NCBI RefSeq assembly: GCF_037042905.1 | Contig: NC_087251.1 | Location: 44,828,001-44,888,000, forward strand | Direction of reading: 5' to 3' | DNA from: Lytechinus pictus | Taxonomy: Eukaryota | DNA: 60,000 nt | In this document: piece by piece, positions 50,501 to 60,000 of the stretch | Position numbering within the stretch: position 1 is the first letter of the stretch | How the letters are laid out: each line of letters begins with the position of its first letter | Made by a program: the position numbers and the translations under genes | Notes under the pieces: generated by a model | Seen by the model: the letters and a program-made list of their open reading frames with translations, nothing else | Told to the model about the DNA's origin: nothing | The model's database searches: none

Positions 50501-53190
50501 AGTATTATATCTCCATCGGTAAGTTCAATGGTATTATGCAGTTTTCCTTTAATTCTCGGCAGATTATCTTGTATTTCGTTAATTCTCGGTAGATTATCTT
50601 GTATTTCGTTAATTCTCGGCAGATTATCTTGTATTTCGTTAATTCTCGGTAGATTATCTTGTATTTCGTTAATACTATATAACTCTTCAACTTACATATA
50701 TTTGTCTATGTATCCAGCGCTTAGAAACAATGTGTATTAAGCCCTTTATAAAATGTATGCTATTATTATTAGTTCGCACAATTTAAGACCATAACTGGCA
50801 AATGGAGCTATACGGTCATGTTAATCAATACTTTCAAATTGTCTAGTTTTCTTCTTCGACAAAAGACAAGCATTTTATTTCCCCAATTATTTCCCCCATG
50901 CTTCATTCACTATCAAAATAATGTATAAAATCGTGATATCGTATCTTAACCTAAAATCTAGTTTTCCCATGAGACAGATACTTGAAAAACTTTATTCTGA
51001 ATGTGATAACATCTCGAAAACAATCATGTTTATAGTTGCTGGCTGGGGTGAGCAATATTTTCTTAGCGGCAGTATATATATTTCTTGGCTGTAGTAAACA
51101 GTGCACTAGTGGTGATAACATTTTTGTTTTTTAATATGTTTCTGTAATTACTATAATTTTGTAATCGTTGTTTTTATTCATATTTTATTCTCTTTTGAAC
51201 ATCATCATAGGATGGACAGTGCGGCTCTGAATTAGAAGCACTCAAATTCAAGATAAGTTGCCAAGATATTATGATCACCAAACTCCGGTACAGTTTATCA
51301 ACGTAAGTTCATCTCAAGGAAAATTAGAGTTGTCCGCATGATACAACCATAGTTCAGTGCCCCTGGATTTTTAAATCTCTCTTCAATAGGAGAGGGTCCT
51401 TTCAGCCCCCTCAAAAAATGGCGCGCGCAGCGCCTGGATAACGGATTATCTTTACTTTACAATTATATTGTCTAGTTGCAATAACGATTAATAAAAAAAA
51501 TGTGAAAGGAACGTTTCATATACAGTCATAGTTCATTTAAACTTTCTTGTTAGACAACGTGGAATATGCAAAATGATTTTTTATTATTATATATTTTTTC
51601 CATGAGTCTTTTGATTTCATCTGTCAATAATTTGGGAAAATCTTGTCAAGCATGCATTGTAGCCTTAAAATGATGATGATGATGATGATGATAACAATAA
51701 TAATAATAATACATTAACTATAATAATAATAAAGAGAAGAATAATTAAGCTTTTTTAACTTCTTTGTAAATTTGTTCTCTCGAAGGTTTCAACAGAGTGC
51801 ATTGTCAAACAAAGGATCTTTAGAAACAAGTGATGTTCCAACAGTAGACAGAGCTGTCTTGTCGTTGATACCTCCGGAAGAAATCCCAACCGTGATGGAA
51901 TCACAACTAGAACAATGGGACAAAGACGACACCAAGGCAATTGGCAAAGGTGCATTCGGAGTGGTCTTTCTGAAAAGACTGGAAAGCGATCCAGTGGCCG
52001 TCAAGGTTCAAGGTATACACAAAGGCAAGAAAGTCAACGAAGATGACGCCAAGAGAGCGATGTCCTTGAACCACGCCAGGACTATGAAGGAAGTGGCGGT
52101 ACTGCGTCTCCTTGGGGAACACCAAGCATTCCCAAGATGTCATGGGTACACCAAGTATACCAGTTTTCCAGGACTCGTCCTCGAGTTCCTGGGTGACAAA
52201 GATACAAGAGATGTGTATTCGCTAAGCAAGGCAATCAAGACCAAGAATCCTACATTGTCGGATCAAGAATGGTTGAGCATCGTTGTTGATATCACCGAAG
52301 GCATCCACGCCATGCATGAGAGAGACCTCCTTCACAACGACATAAAACCGAACAATATCCTTCTCCACAGAAATGACAGATGGAAGGCTTACATCATTGA
52401 CATGGGTAATGTCACCACGGTGACCATGGCACATAAGAATCGTAACCTGACCAATCACGAGATGGAAGGATACAGATTGGGGGTGGTCTATCAGCATCTC
52501 GCGCCTGAATATATCTTAGATGGAGAGTTCAGCAGCATTCAATCGGATATATTCTCTCTAGGGAGGATTATTCACTATATCTCTCGCGTCATCCATAATA
52601 CGGATCTATTTCATGTTGCTACATTGATGATCAACAGCTACCCTCATCTCAGACCTTCATGGAAAGACATTATTCGTGTCATCCAGAACACCAAGAATCA
52701 GCGGGCATGTCAATAGCATGTAACTATGGATTCTCCTGTATGAACTTATGAAATGTTCTTACTCGTTGATGTCGCAGTCACACCAACGAAACCGACTCAA
52801 GACCGATCAAATCCGTCATTTTATTTCCTATGGATCGATATTATCTATCAAAACTGATTTCGTCGGTGTGTGACTACGGCATGCATTTCGATTAAATAAC
52901 AAAGTCTGGCCTTACGATTGTGGCAGTCATGGGAAGTTTGTACGTTTGACATGTATTTACGACATAAGCGTGAAAAGGGAAAGTATTGTAATTGGGCTTA
53001 CTTGCAAAGACTACCATGTAGACTCCCCACGTGATGCTCCATATCCAGCCAATCAGGAGGAAGGTTACGGTGAAAAGCTGTGACACGCCCACGAAGATAT
53101 TCGTACAACACAGACCTATTTCATCATCTTGTTTGTTGTTCTGTTGCCGGGTTCCACAACATAGCATACTAATACCTGCCAGTATCGTAC
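35402..53190 (-). CDS. STUM: Protein stum homolog / Spec3-domain membrane protein, last two coding exons; no upstream exon recognised in the window
   Basis: Exon 53190-53002 (cag|...|gtaag, phase 1/1) encodes GTILAGISMLCCG...LCCTNIFVGVSQLFTVTFLLIGWIWSITWGVYMVVFA, the Spec3/stum signature Q..T...L.GW.WSI.WG. It joins in phase to exon 35502-35402 (t-rich cag acceptor) encoding KEHKSLIDQERRLKRVTTAAKAFKAGRSIPGSY*. The family call is strong; the long-range join is inferred. Confidence 0.8.
37126..52716 (+). CDS. Uncharacterised coiled-coil plus atypical protein kinase, ~857 aa, 15 exons, nested antisense in the stum intron
   Basis: Exons: 37126-37233, 38458-38586, 39299-39469, 39910-40014, 40291-40395, 42463-42567, 43010-43117, 43575-43679, 44215-44319, 46784-46909, 48515-48619, 49105-49209, 50345(or 50357)-50518, 51211-51302 and 51786-52716. 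All have AG/GT boundaries and splice into one open frame (phase 0 until the last, phase-2 intron). E/K/Q/L-rich heptad sequence is followed by a kinase domain. Confidence 0.75.
37174..37187. promoter_or_regulatory. Candidate RFX X-box in exon 1 of the nested kinase gene
   Basis: GTTGCCACGGTAAC differs by one base from the canonical GTTGCCATGGTAAC and lies 48 bp downstream of the putative ATG. Confidence 0.35.
37480..38100 (-). mobile_element. Degraded CR1/L2-type LINE 3' fragment
   Basis: Broken minus-strand frames (…WG…KKLQNEYARIIL…MLSTLKWQTVEERIKYQFCVLAFKIQNDLAP…) are typical of the non-LTR ORF2 C-terminus. Confidence 0.65.
38190..38380. repeat. Degenerate (ATC)n microsatellite
   Basis: Long run of catcatcat/cctcat triplets. 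Confidence 0.85.
40535..41824 (+). mobile_element. 5'-truncated CR1/L2-clade LINE (RT C-terminus, 3' UTR, tandem tail)
   Basis: Encodes LFADDSNV...LVQWIRANKLSINVQKTKCMLF...KFLGLIIDNKLSWKTHI..., then a frameshift near 40945, then ...GPRLW...FKYK. Ends aataaacgaaatgaacgaaatgaaat. Confidence 0.9.
44730..46676 (+). mobile_element. tRNA-derived SINE split by a hAT-like insertion
   Basis: Head ggagcgttgtagcccagtggattagtctccggactttgaaacagagggtcgtgggttcgaatccc runs to 44878; the element resumes at 46529 and ends in a (tat)n tail. Confidence 0.8.
44879..46528. mobile_element. Non-autonomous hAT-like DNA transposon
   Basis: Perfect 15-bp TIR catgggtgtcgatca/tgatcgacacccatg, with 8-bp TSD cccggtag at 44871-44878 and 46529-46536. 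Confidence 0.88.
47614..48476 (-). mobile_element. CR1/L2-type LINE 3' fragment with (TTCA)n tail
   Basis: The minus strand encodes an ORF2 end (...YTGPKLWNSLPSSLKQS..L..FRNKLK..L). It is followed by 3' UTR and aaataaagattcattcattc...; the (TGAA)n run spans ~47614-47685. Confidence 0.75.
49432..49592. mobile_element. Palindromic MITE carrying X-box-like and CCAAT motifs
   Basis: caggggcccgtttcataaagagttacaactg ... cagttgcaactctttatgaaacggctccc. A related copy lies at ~23276-23430. Confidence 0.75.
50548..50672. repeat. 30-bp tandem repeat, ~4 copies
   Basis: ttaattctcggYagattatcttgtatttcg repeated with alternating C/T. Confidence 0.9.
51786..52716 (+). CDS. Intronless protein kinase domain exon (terminal exon of the nested gene)
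   Basis: Motifs GKGAFGVV (Gly loop), VAVK, KEVAVL (helix C Glu), LHNDIKPNN (catalytic loop), IIDMG (DFG equivalent), HLAPE, SDIFSLG and RPS. Confidence 0.92.
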
Positions 53191-56100
53191 CTGTATGTAT
53201 GCAATCAAAATTAAAGAAACGCAATGATAAGACATCCCGTTTGATGTGGTGTTGTTTGATCTGTTTTGCCTTCATCAAATTTAGACTGCTCAAAATTGCA
53301 TTGAAATACATAATGAAATCTGATTTTTTTTTCCGGTAAACATATTTTGTGAAGCCACTAAATCTTGCTTTGTAATTACAATCAAACACAATTTTCAAAA
53401 GTCTATCAGACATGCAGAAAACCCCTCCCCCCTCATTAAATAAATGAATGAATGAATGAATAAATAGATGAATAAATAAATACATACATACACACAAATA
53501 AATAGACAAATTAATTAATTAATCAATAAATAAATAAAAGTAAGAAAATAAATAGAATTAAAAAGAAATGAAATATCACGACAAATAATTATGTTAGGGT
53601 AAGTAATTTTTAAATGAAAGCATGCTATTTCGCATGCATTTCAAAAGATTCATGTAATTTTTTTCCGGTAAAAATATTTTATGAAGCCACTAAATCTTTC
53701 TTTGTAATAACAATCATTATAAATTACGTGATCCTTTTTTAGGGGCGGCAGCAAGTTCATTCCAAGATTGGATTGCATCACTTTTCATATTCACCGCGAA
53801 TAAACATCATTGCTGAAGCATTTGTGCTTCATTAAGTGGATTGATATACATGCATGCATACAATTCGACAAGAGGATTCTGTTAAATATGCTCACAGCTT
53901 TTTTCATTATTAAAGTCGCATCTCGGCATCAATCTAACCAATGCTGGGCAAATAGATTCCACGGTATCCCCGCAAGGTGTTTGGTATCTCCATGCCAACC
54001 AGACTGATCACGTGATTCTGCAGTCCAATTTGATTATTCATGAGGGTTTGCTATCTGTACTTTATCAGAAATATTGTGAACACTGACTGGAATGGGAATA
54101 TTCCTACGTTACAAAATAAAAATGATTAACAACCGTAATTTTTTTTCCAAGGGCGATCATGGCATTGGACCGATCGAGACAGGGGAGGGGCGATCGTCCC
54201 TATATTGTTTTTAAGAGGTATGGGAGACCCCCCCCCCCCCCAAATAAAAAAAATAAAATAAAAAAAAGAAAAGAAAAGAAAAGAAAAGAAAAAGTATTTT
54301 AGAAAAAGACTATCAAAAAGAGAAGGTTTAGGTCATGTAACTTAATTTTTGATACCAGTAAAATCAAATAATCATTGAAAGAAAAATGACGTCGCCTTCA
54401 GTTTTTCCCCTATCAATAAACTACGGCGTCGCCCTATCCGCTATTTGATTTCACATGTTTATTTCCTTTGCAATGGTGAAGATGAAGATCCAATATGATG
54501 TTTGATACTCGTGTCCTTGGTATCAGGGACGATGTGCAGGGTATTCAAAAGGGATCAAGATTGCCCTTTTTGTGATTTATTTGCGTCATAAATATAAAAA
54601 AAAAACACAGAAAAATGGTAGCCTGACCAAGCCCCCTATATACAGGTATACATTCTCACTTCTCTTTTTATGTCCTTAGTTTTTAATCACTTATATACAG
54701 GTGTTTGGCCCTACCTCCCCCCCCCCCCCCCCCGTATAAATGTATCTGCTCTAAATTCTCCAAACATGCTTAGTGCTCAAAAGAATATAGGCATGGCAGG
54801 GGCCACGGAACGGTTTTCAAAGTTGGGGGCTGAGCCAAAAGTGGGGGGGGGGGGCAGACCATGCAAAAATCACAATCATATTAATAAATGGTCGTTTTTA
54901 CGTTTTTGTATAGGTTTTTGGAAAAGTAGGGGCTGAAGCCCCCCCCCCCCCCCCCCCGCTTCCGCAGCCCCTGTATAGAACTTTAAAAATGTACAAAGTT
55001 AAATACAAATAAGAAATTAACAAGTGCGGCGGGGTACAAGTCCTGCTTTCCCTTTTTTCGATGGAAAGCTATGGTTGTTGGGCAACAAGATGAGTGGAAA
55101 GTGCAATGAAACGAAAATAACGGAATATTATTAGAACATGATTATAATATGCATCGTTTGTTTCAATTTAGTTTGAAAGATGTCAGAATTTACAAATAAG
55201 CGATTAATATAATTTAAAAAACCTTGATCTCTGACATTTTAATTGATACCTCGGGCAACGCAAATTGTTTGAATCCGTGGGTAATTCATTTTTGATAACG
55301 TTATGACGGCCTCGTATCGAATTAATCGATGCATTCTCGCATGCATCAGATGATGCATGTTATTAAGGCGAGTTCTGCCAACTGTTCAAACACGAACAAA
55401 GTGCAAGCGAAATTATATGTAGTGCTATCGCTATGTAGATTTTTAATGTCCTGTGTAAGTTTGAAGTTTGCCATAAAACTGTCATTTTAATTTGTGACAT
55501 TATTGGTATAATACCGGTGTAATAATAATTCTTTTTTTGTGCCTTGTTTTGATGAAAATGGAAAATGGCGAACCAAACCTATATCAAATATGAAAAGGAG
55601 GTCGTAGAGCAGCAGGTAAAATGAACACTAGCAAAACCGACTATCCCAAAATATAATAAAATACAAATAAATAAATACTTGAATAAATGAAGACATTGAT
55701 ATATAAATGAAAAAATGAGTAAATGAATAAATAAAAAGATACATTAATAAATAGATTTAAAAATAATCAAAGCAAGCATTTTCATAAAAAATAGATTCTA
55801 AATCCATCATACTATGCGCCTTGAGCATTACGAGATGGTACCTTAGAAATTGTATTTATTTATTTATTCATTTATTATTATTGTTGTTGCTTTTGTTATC
55901 ATTATGGCCAAGCTGAAATTTGATTATTCTCTGTTGTATTCTGAAAGTAATTTATCATAGCCATTGATGATGTGGTATTGTTGCTTTTGTTTTTTGTTTT
56001 TTTACTCTCCAGCAAACTACCTCTGCCCCTTGGACATAGCATAATGGCGTGAATCCCGGGGATGGGGGATATATGCCCCCACTTTAGGAGAGGGGAGGTG

Positions 56101-56787
56101 GCTTGTACAATCATCATTGATCAAATCAGTGCCGTTAATGAAACACTCATCTTTACAAATTTATCAATTTATAGGGGACTTTAAATCATATTAATTGATA
56201 CAATAATGTTATTTTGCTAAAAATTTTGAATGTTGTATCATCTCAATATAATTCTTAAAGATTATTCAAAATCTTTCCTTATGCTTCATTGTCCTATTTC
56301 CACGTTTTTTAAGTTTATATTGTGGCCTGTGAGGGCCTATGATCATTTCATATGACACCAAATAAGCACCTTTTTTCCGATAATCATGATCCATTTTTTT
56401 GTTATTCCCATAAACCAGTGATCATATGATCAAACATTAAATGTTTGAATAAAACTCATTTGAAAAATTTTCTCGACTGTAATGAGTTTGTAAATAAAGA
56501 GGCTTTAATAGTACGAAATTATAATTTGTAAACAAATTTTCGTCATTACTCCTATGTTCAGTCGCTATGTTAAGTCGCTGCCTATGAGGCGCCGAATGTA
56601 CCAATATTATATAGAACAATTATTTGTTATATAATCATTATTTATTAAATAATAACTATTATTTATATATAATTTACATTTTATTTGTAAATAACTACTA
56701 TTATATAAAATATCATTTCTAATTATTTATATATAATTCCAAGTAATACTTCATTATTTGTAAATAATAATAGTTCGACATTCCATT

Positions 56788-57131
56788 ATAATGATTATTT
56801 GTTTTTCATTATTTATAAATAATGATTATTTGTTTTTCATTATTTACAAATAATGATTATTTGTTTTTCATTATTTATAAATAATGATTATTTGTTTTTC
56901 ATTATTTACAAATAATGATTATTTGTTTTTCATTATTTATAAATAATGATTATTTGTTTTTCATTATTTATAAATAATGATTATTTGTTTTTCATTATTT
57001 ACAAATAATGATTATTTGTTTTTCATTATTTATAAATAATGATTATTTGTTTTTCATTATTTATAAATAATGATTATTTGTTTTTCATTATTTATAAATA
57101 ATGATTATTTGTTTTTCATTATTTATAAATA
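56788..57131. repeat. 31-bp AT-rich tandem repeat, ~11 copies, with degenerate copies on both sides (~56620-57480)
   Basis: Unit ataatgattatttgtttttcattatttaYaa. Confidence 0.92.
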
Positions 57132-57717
57132 ATTTGTTGAGTTTTCCATTATTTATAAATAATGATTATTTGTTAAATAATGAAAACGTCTACTTCATTA
57201 TTTATAAATAATTTTTTCGAGTGCACCATTATTCTCATTATTTATAAATAATCATTATTTAATGTTCGAGTTTTCCATTATTTATAAATAAAGATTATTT
57301 GTTAAATAATGAAATATCTACTTCATTATTTATAAATAATAATTTTGTTTCAATATCCCATTATTTATAAATAATCATTATTTATAAACAATTTTTACAG
57401 TTTGCCATTATATACAAATAATCATTATTTATATACAAATAACCATTATTTATTAAATAATGCCATTATTTATTAAATAATGGAAAACTCGCTATAACAT
57501 GCAAATGTGGGACCGCCCATGATATGAATATTCATGATGCGATTTCCTTTTTCGTGATTTTTCTTCACAAATTTTTGTCCATTTCCTCTTCATAATGACA
57601 TTTCTTGAAGCAATTTTCTAGGGATATGGTCTGATTGTAATATTCTTCATTTTCTATATAACTTCGTCTTCGTAGAAATATCAAAAAGTGTAATTTTATT
57701 CGATTTTTCCTCCAGTT

Positions 57718-60000
57718 CACAATCCCCATAGGCGCGCGTGTACGGTAGGGACAACCGGTGAATCGACGGAGTGCTCTTCATCGAAATACTACGTTGGTTG
57801 GTCCCCGGAAGTGGCGGGCGGAATTTAGCCCGAATCCTCGATGGAAGTCGATCAAGTGCATATGAGCTGAGAGAGTGAAATATCAGTGTACTTGTACAGG
57901 CCCTTCTACTTTTTATAAATATTTCTTGTTGCTTTTTTTGTTAAGTTAATTTTTCCTGGTGTAGAGATAAGTTTCAGTTCTAATAATGCACTTCAAATAC
58001 ATTTTGGAGTGTCTGTTTGGGGCGATTTCACCCTGGCCCCAAAATGCTCGCAACAACAATACGGGGGCATATGATGACCCCTAAATTTTAAAAAACTTAT
58101 TTTTCTATTGAAAATTATCACAAAATTCACCAAAAGTGTGCACGAAAGCCTTCGTATTTCACTTTTAAAACTCCAAAAAGTGCCCAAATGACAAGCTTGG
58201 TCGCTTCGCTGACGGTGTCGCTTTCAACTTGAGAACGTTTACGCGTCTGCTTCCCCCCCCCCCCCCTCCTCCGAAAGAAATTCTGTATACGGCCATGCTC
58301 TAAAGAGCCTGGCACATTAATTTATGTATACTTTCATTTTCATTATTTTTATCTCATTATCAACATGGCCTTACGCAGAATTTTTTCCAGGTGGGCCGGG
58401 GCCGGAGCATGACGCGTAAACTTTCTCAAAAAAATCTTGAAAGCGAGACAGCCACGGGACCAAGCCCAAATGACAAGCTTGGTCGCTTCGCTTTCAACTT
58501 GAGAACGTTTACACGCGTCTGCCCCCACCCCCCGAAAGAAATTCTGTGAACGGCCATGCTCAAAAGAGCATATGGCACATTGATTTATATGTACTTTTCA
58601 TTTTCATTATTTTTATCACATTATCATCATGGCCTTACACAGAATTTTTACCGGGGGGGGGGGGGAGCAGCTAGGACGCGCGTAAAGTTTCTCAAAAAAA
58701 TCTTGAAAGCGAGACAGCGACGCGACCAAGCTCAAATGACAAGCTTGGTCGCTTCGCCTTTTCAAGATTTTTATGAGAAAGTTTACGCGCGTCCAGCTCC
58801 CCCCACCCCCCCGGAAAAAATTTTGCGTAAGGCCATGATGATAATGAGATAAAAATAATGAAAATGAAGTATACATAAATCAATGTGCCAGGCTCTTTAG
58901 AGCATGGCCGAATACAGAATTTCTTTCGGAGGAGGGGGGGGGGGGGGAAGCAGACGCGTAAACTTTCTCAAGTTGAAAGCGACACAGCAAATCGACCAAG
59001 CTTGTCATTTGGGCACTTTTTGGAGTTTTAAAAGTAAAATACGAAGGCTTTCGTGCACACTTTTGGTGAATTTTGTGATATTTTCAATAGAAAAATAAGT
59101 TTTTAAAAATTTAGGGGTCATCGATCATGCCCCCGTATTGTCGTTGCGAGCATTTTGGGACCAGGGTGAAATCGCCCCAAACAGACACTCCAAAATGTAT
59201 TTGAAGTGCATTATTAGAACTGAAACTTATCTCCATACACCAGGAAAAATTAACTTAACAAAAAAAGCAACAAGAAATATTTATAAAAAGTAGAAGGGCC
59301 TGTACAAGCCCGGGAGGGGGGGCACTCAGTATATAATGCATAGTGGGTATGTGCCGCGGAGGGGACCCCCATTTTTACACTCAAATTTCCGTTCCGAGGC
59401 ATAGCATTTGTGTCTTATTGAGAAAAAGAACAAAGAAAGCCGCTCCAAAGCATAGCATTTTCTTCTTCACGAGAAAAAAAGAAGAAAAAAATCCGCTCCA
59501 GGGCTTCGCATATTTTCCGTTACGCCGTTCCGGTTGCAATTTTGCGGCCGCAGCTCGCTGTCTGACCATCGCCTCTGCGCTAGCGCGCCCGGCAGTAGTG
59601 CCGAAGCCCAGCTGCGCTGCATGCACGTTCCATAGGGATGCATACGCACTCGCACGCAGGCGACCCGTTCCAAGGACCCCCGTTTTCACAAACATTTGTA
59701 GTTCCGAAGCCCGTTCCGAGGACCCTCCTTTTTACAATAAGCCCGCTCCAAGGCCCCCGTTTTTTGTCTCGCCCGCGGCACACCCCCACCACTTTTTTGG
59801 TCGAGTGCCCCCCCCGGGCTGTACAAGTACACTGATATTTCACTCTCTCAGCTCATATGCACTTGATCGACTTCCATCGAGGATTCGGGCTAAATTCCGC
59901 CCGCCACTTCCGGGGACCAACCAACGTAGTATTTCGATGAAGAGCACTCCGTCGATTCACCAGTTGTCCCTACGATACACGCGCGCCTATGGGGATTGTG
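57718..60000. mobile_element. Large foldback/palindromic element; the right arm runs off the window
   Basis: 57718-~58440 is the reverse complement of ~58760-59308 plus 59828-60000 at high identity. The centre carries a ~280-bp tandem duplication. Confidence 0.9.
59309..59818. mobile_element. GC-rich MITE with 9-bp TSD inserted in the right foldback arm
   Basis: TIR cccggg(a)gggggggcactc / gagtgcccccccc-ggg. TSD ctgtacaag at 59300-59308 and 59819-59827. The left arm retains the empty site. Confidence 0.9.

Noticed and set aside
51772..52716. Stand-alone 314-aa kinase starting at 51772
   Set aside because: The start is a TTG within a polypyrimidine tract. A phase-2 acceptor at 51785 matches the upstream exon ending at 51302, so it is better read as a terminal exon. 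An independent start at a downstream ATG cannot be fully excluded.
52892..53509. 205-aa minus-strand ORF as a complete gene
   Set aside because: Only 53190-53002 is bounded by splice sites and stum-like; the rest is intronic low-complexity sequence.
59381..59843. Cluster of GC-rich short ORFs
   Set aside because: All lie within or overlap a 510-bp MITE, and none has transposase or other recognisable motifs.

Overview
AT-rich, intron-rich animal genomic DNA. The repeat families and a Spec3/stum gene suggest a sea urchin or other echinoderm (inference). Five protein-coding genes were reconstructed by hand from splice signals: the last two exons of enolase-phosphatase E1 (ENOPH1, +); a complete serine palmitoyltransferase small subunit (SPTSSA-like, +) split by a U12 minor-spliceosome intron; a complete 9-exon proteasome alpha-7 subunit (PSMA3, +); the last two exons of a stum/Spec3-family membrane protein (-); and an unfamiliar gene of about 857 aa (+). 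That last gene lies antisense and entirely inside the ~17.5 kb last stum intron. It has a long coiled coil built largely from phase-0, 105-nt (5-heptad) exons, fused to one intronless atypical non-RD kinase exon (HND/DMG). Introns and intergenic DNA are dense with MITEs, Helentron/HINE-like elements, tRNA-derived SINEs, CR1/L2-type LINE fragments and tandem arrays (110, 42, 31 and 30 bp), and the window ends in a foldback palindrome over 2 kb long. No rRNA, genuine tRNA or CRISPR array was found. All exon boundaries are manual predictions without transcript support.
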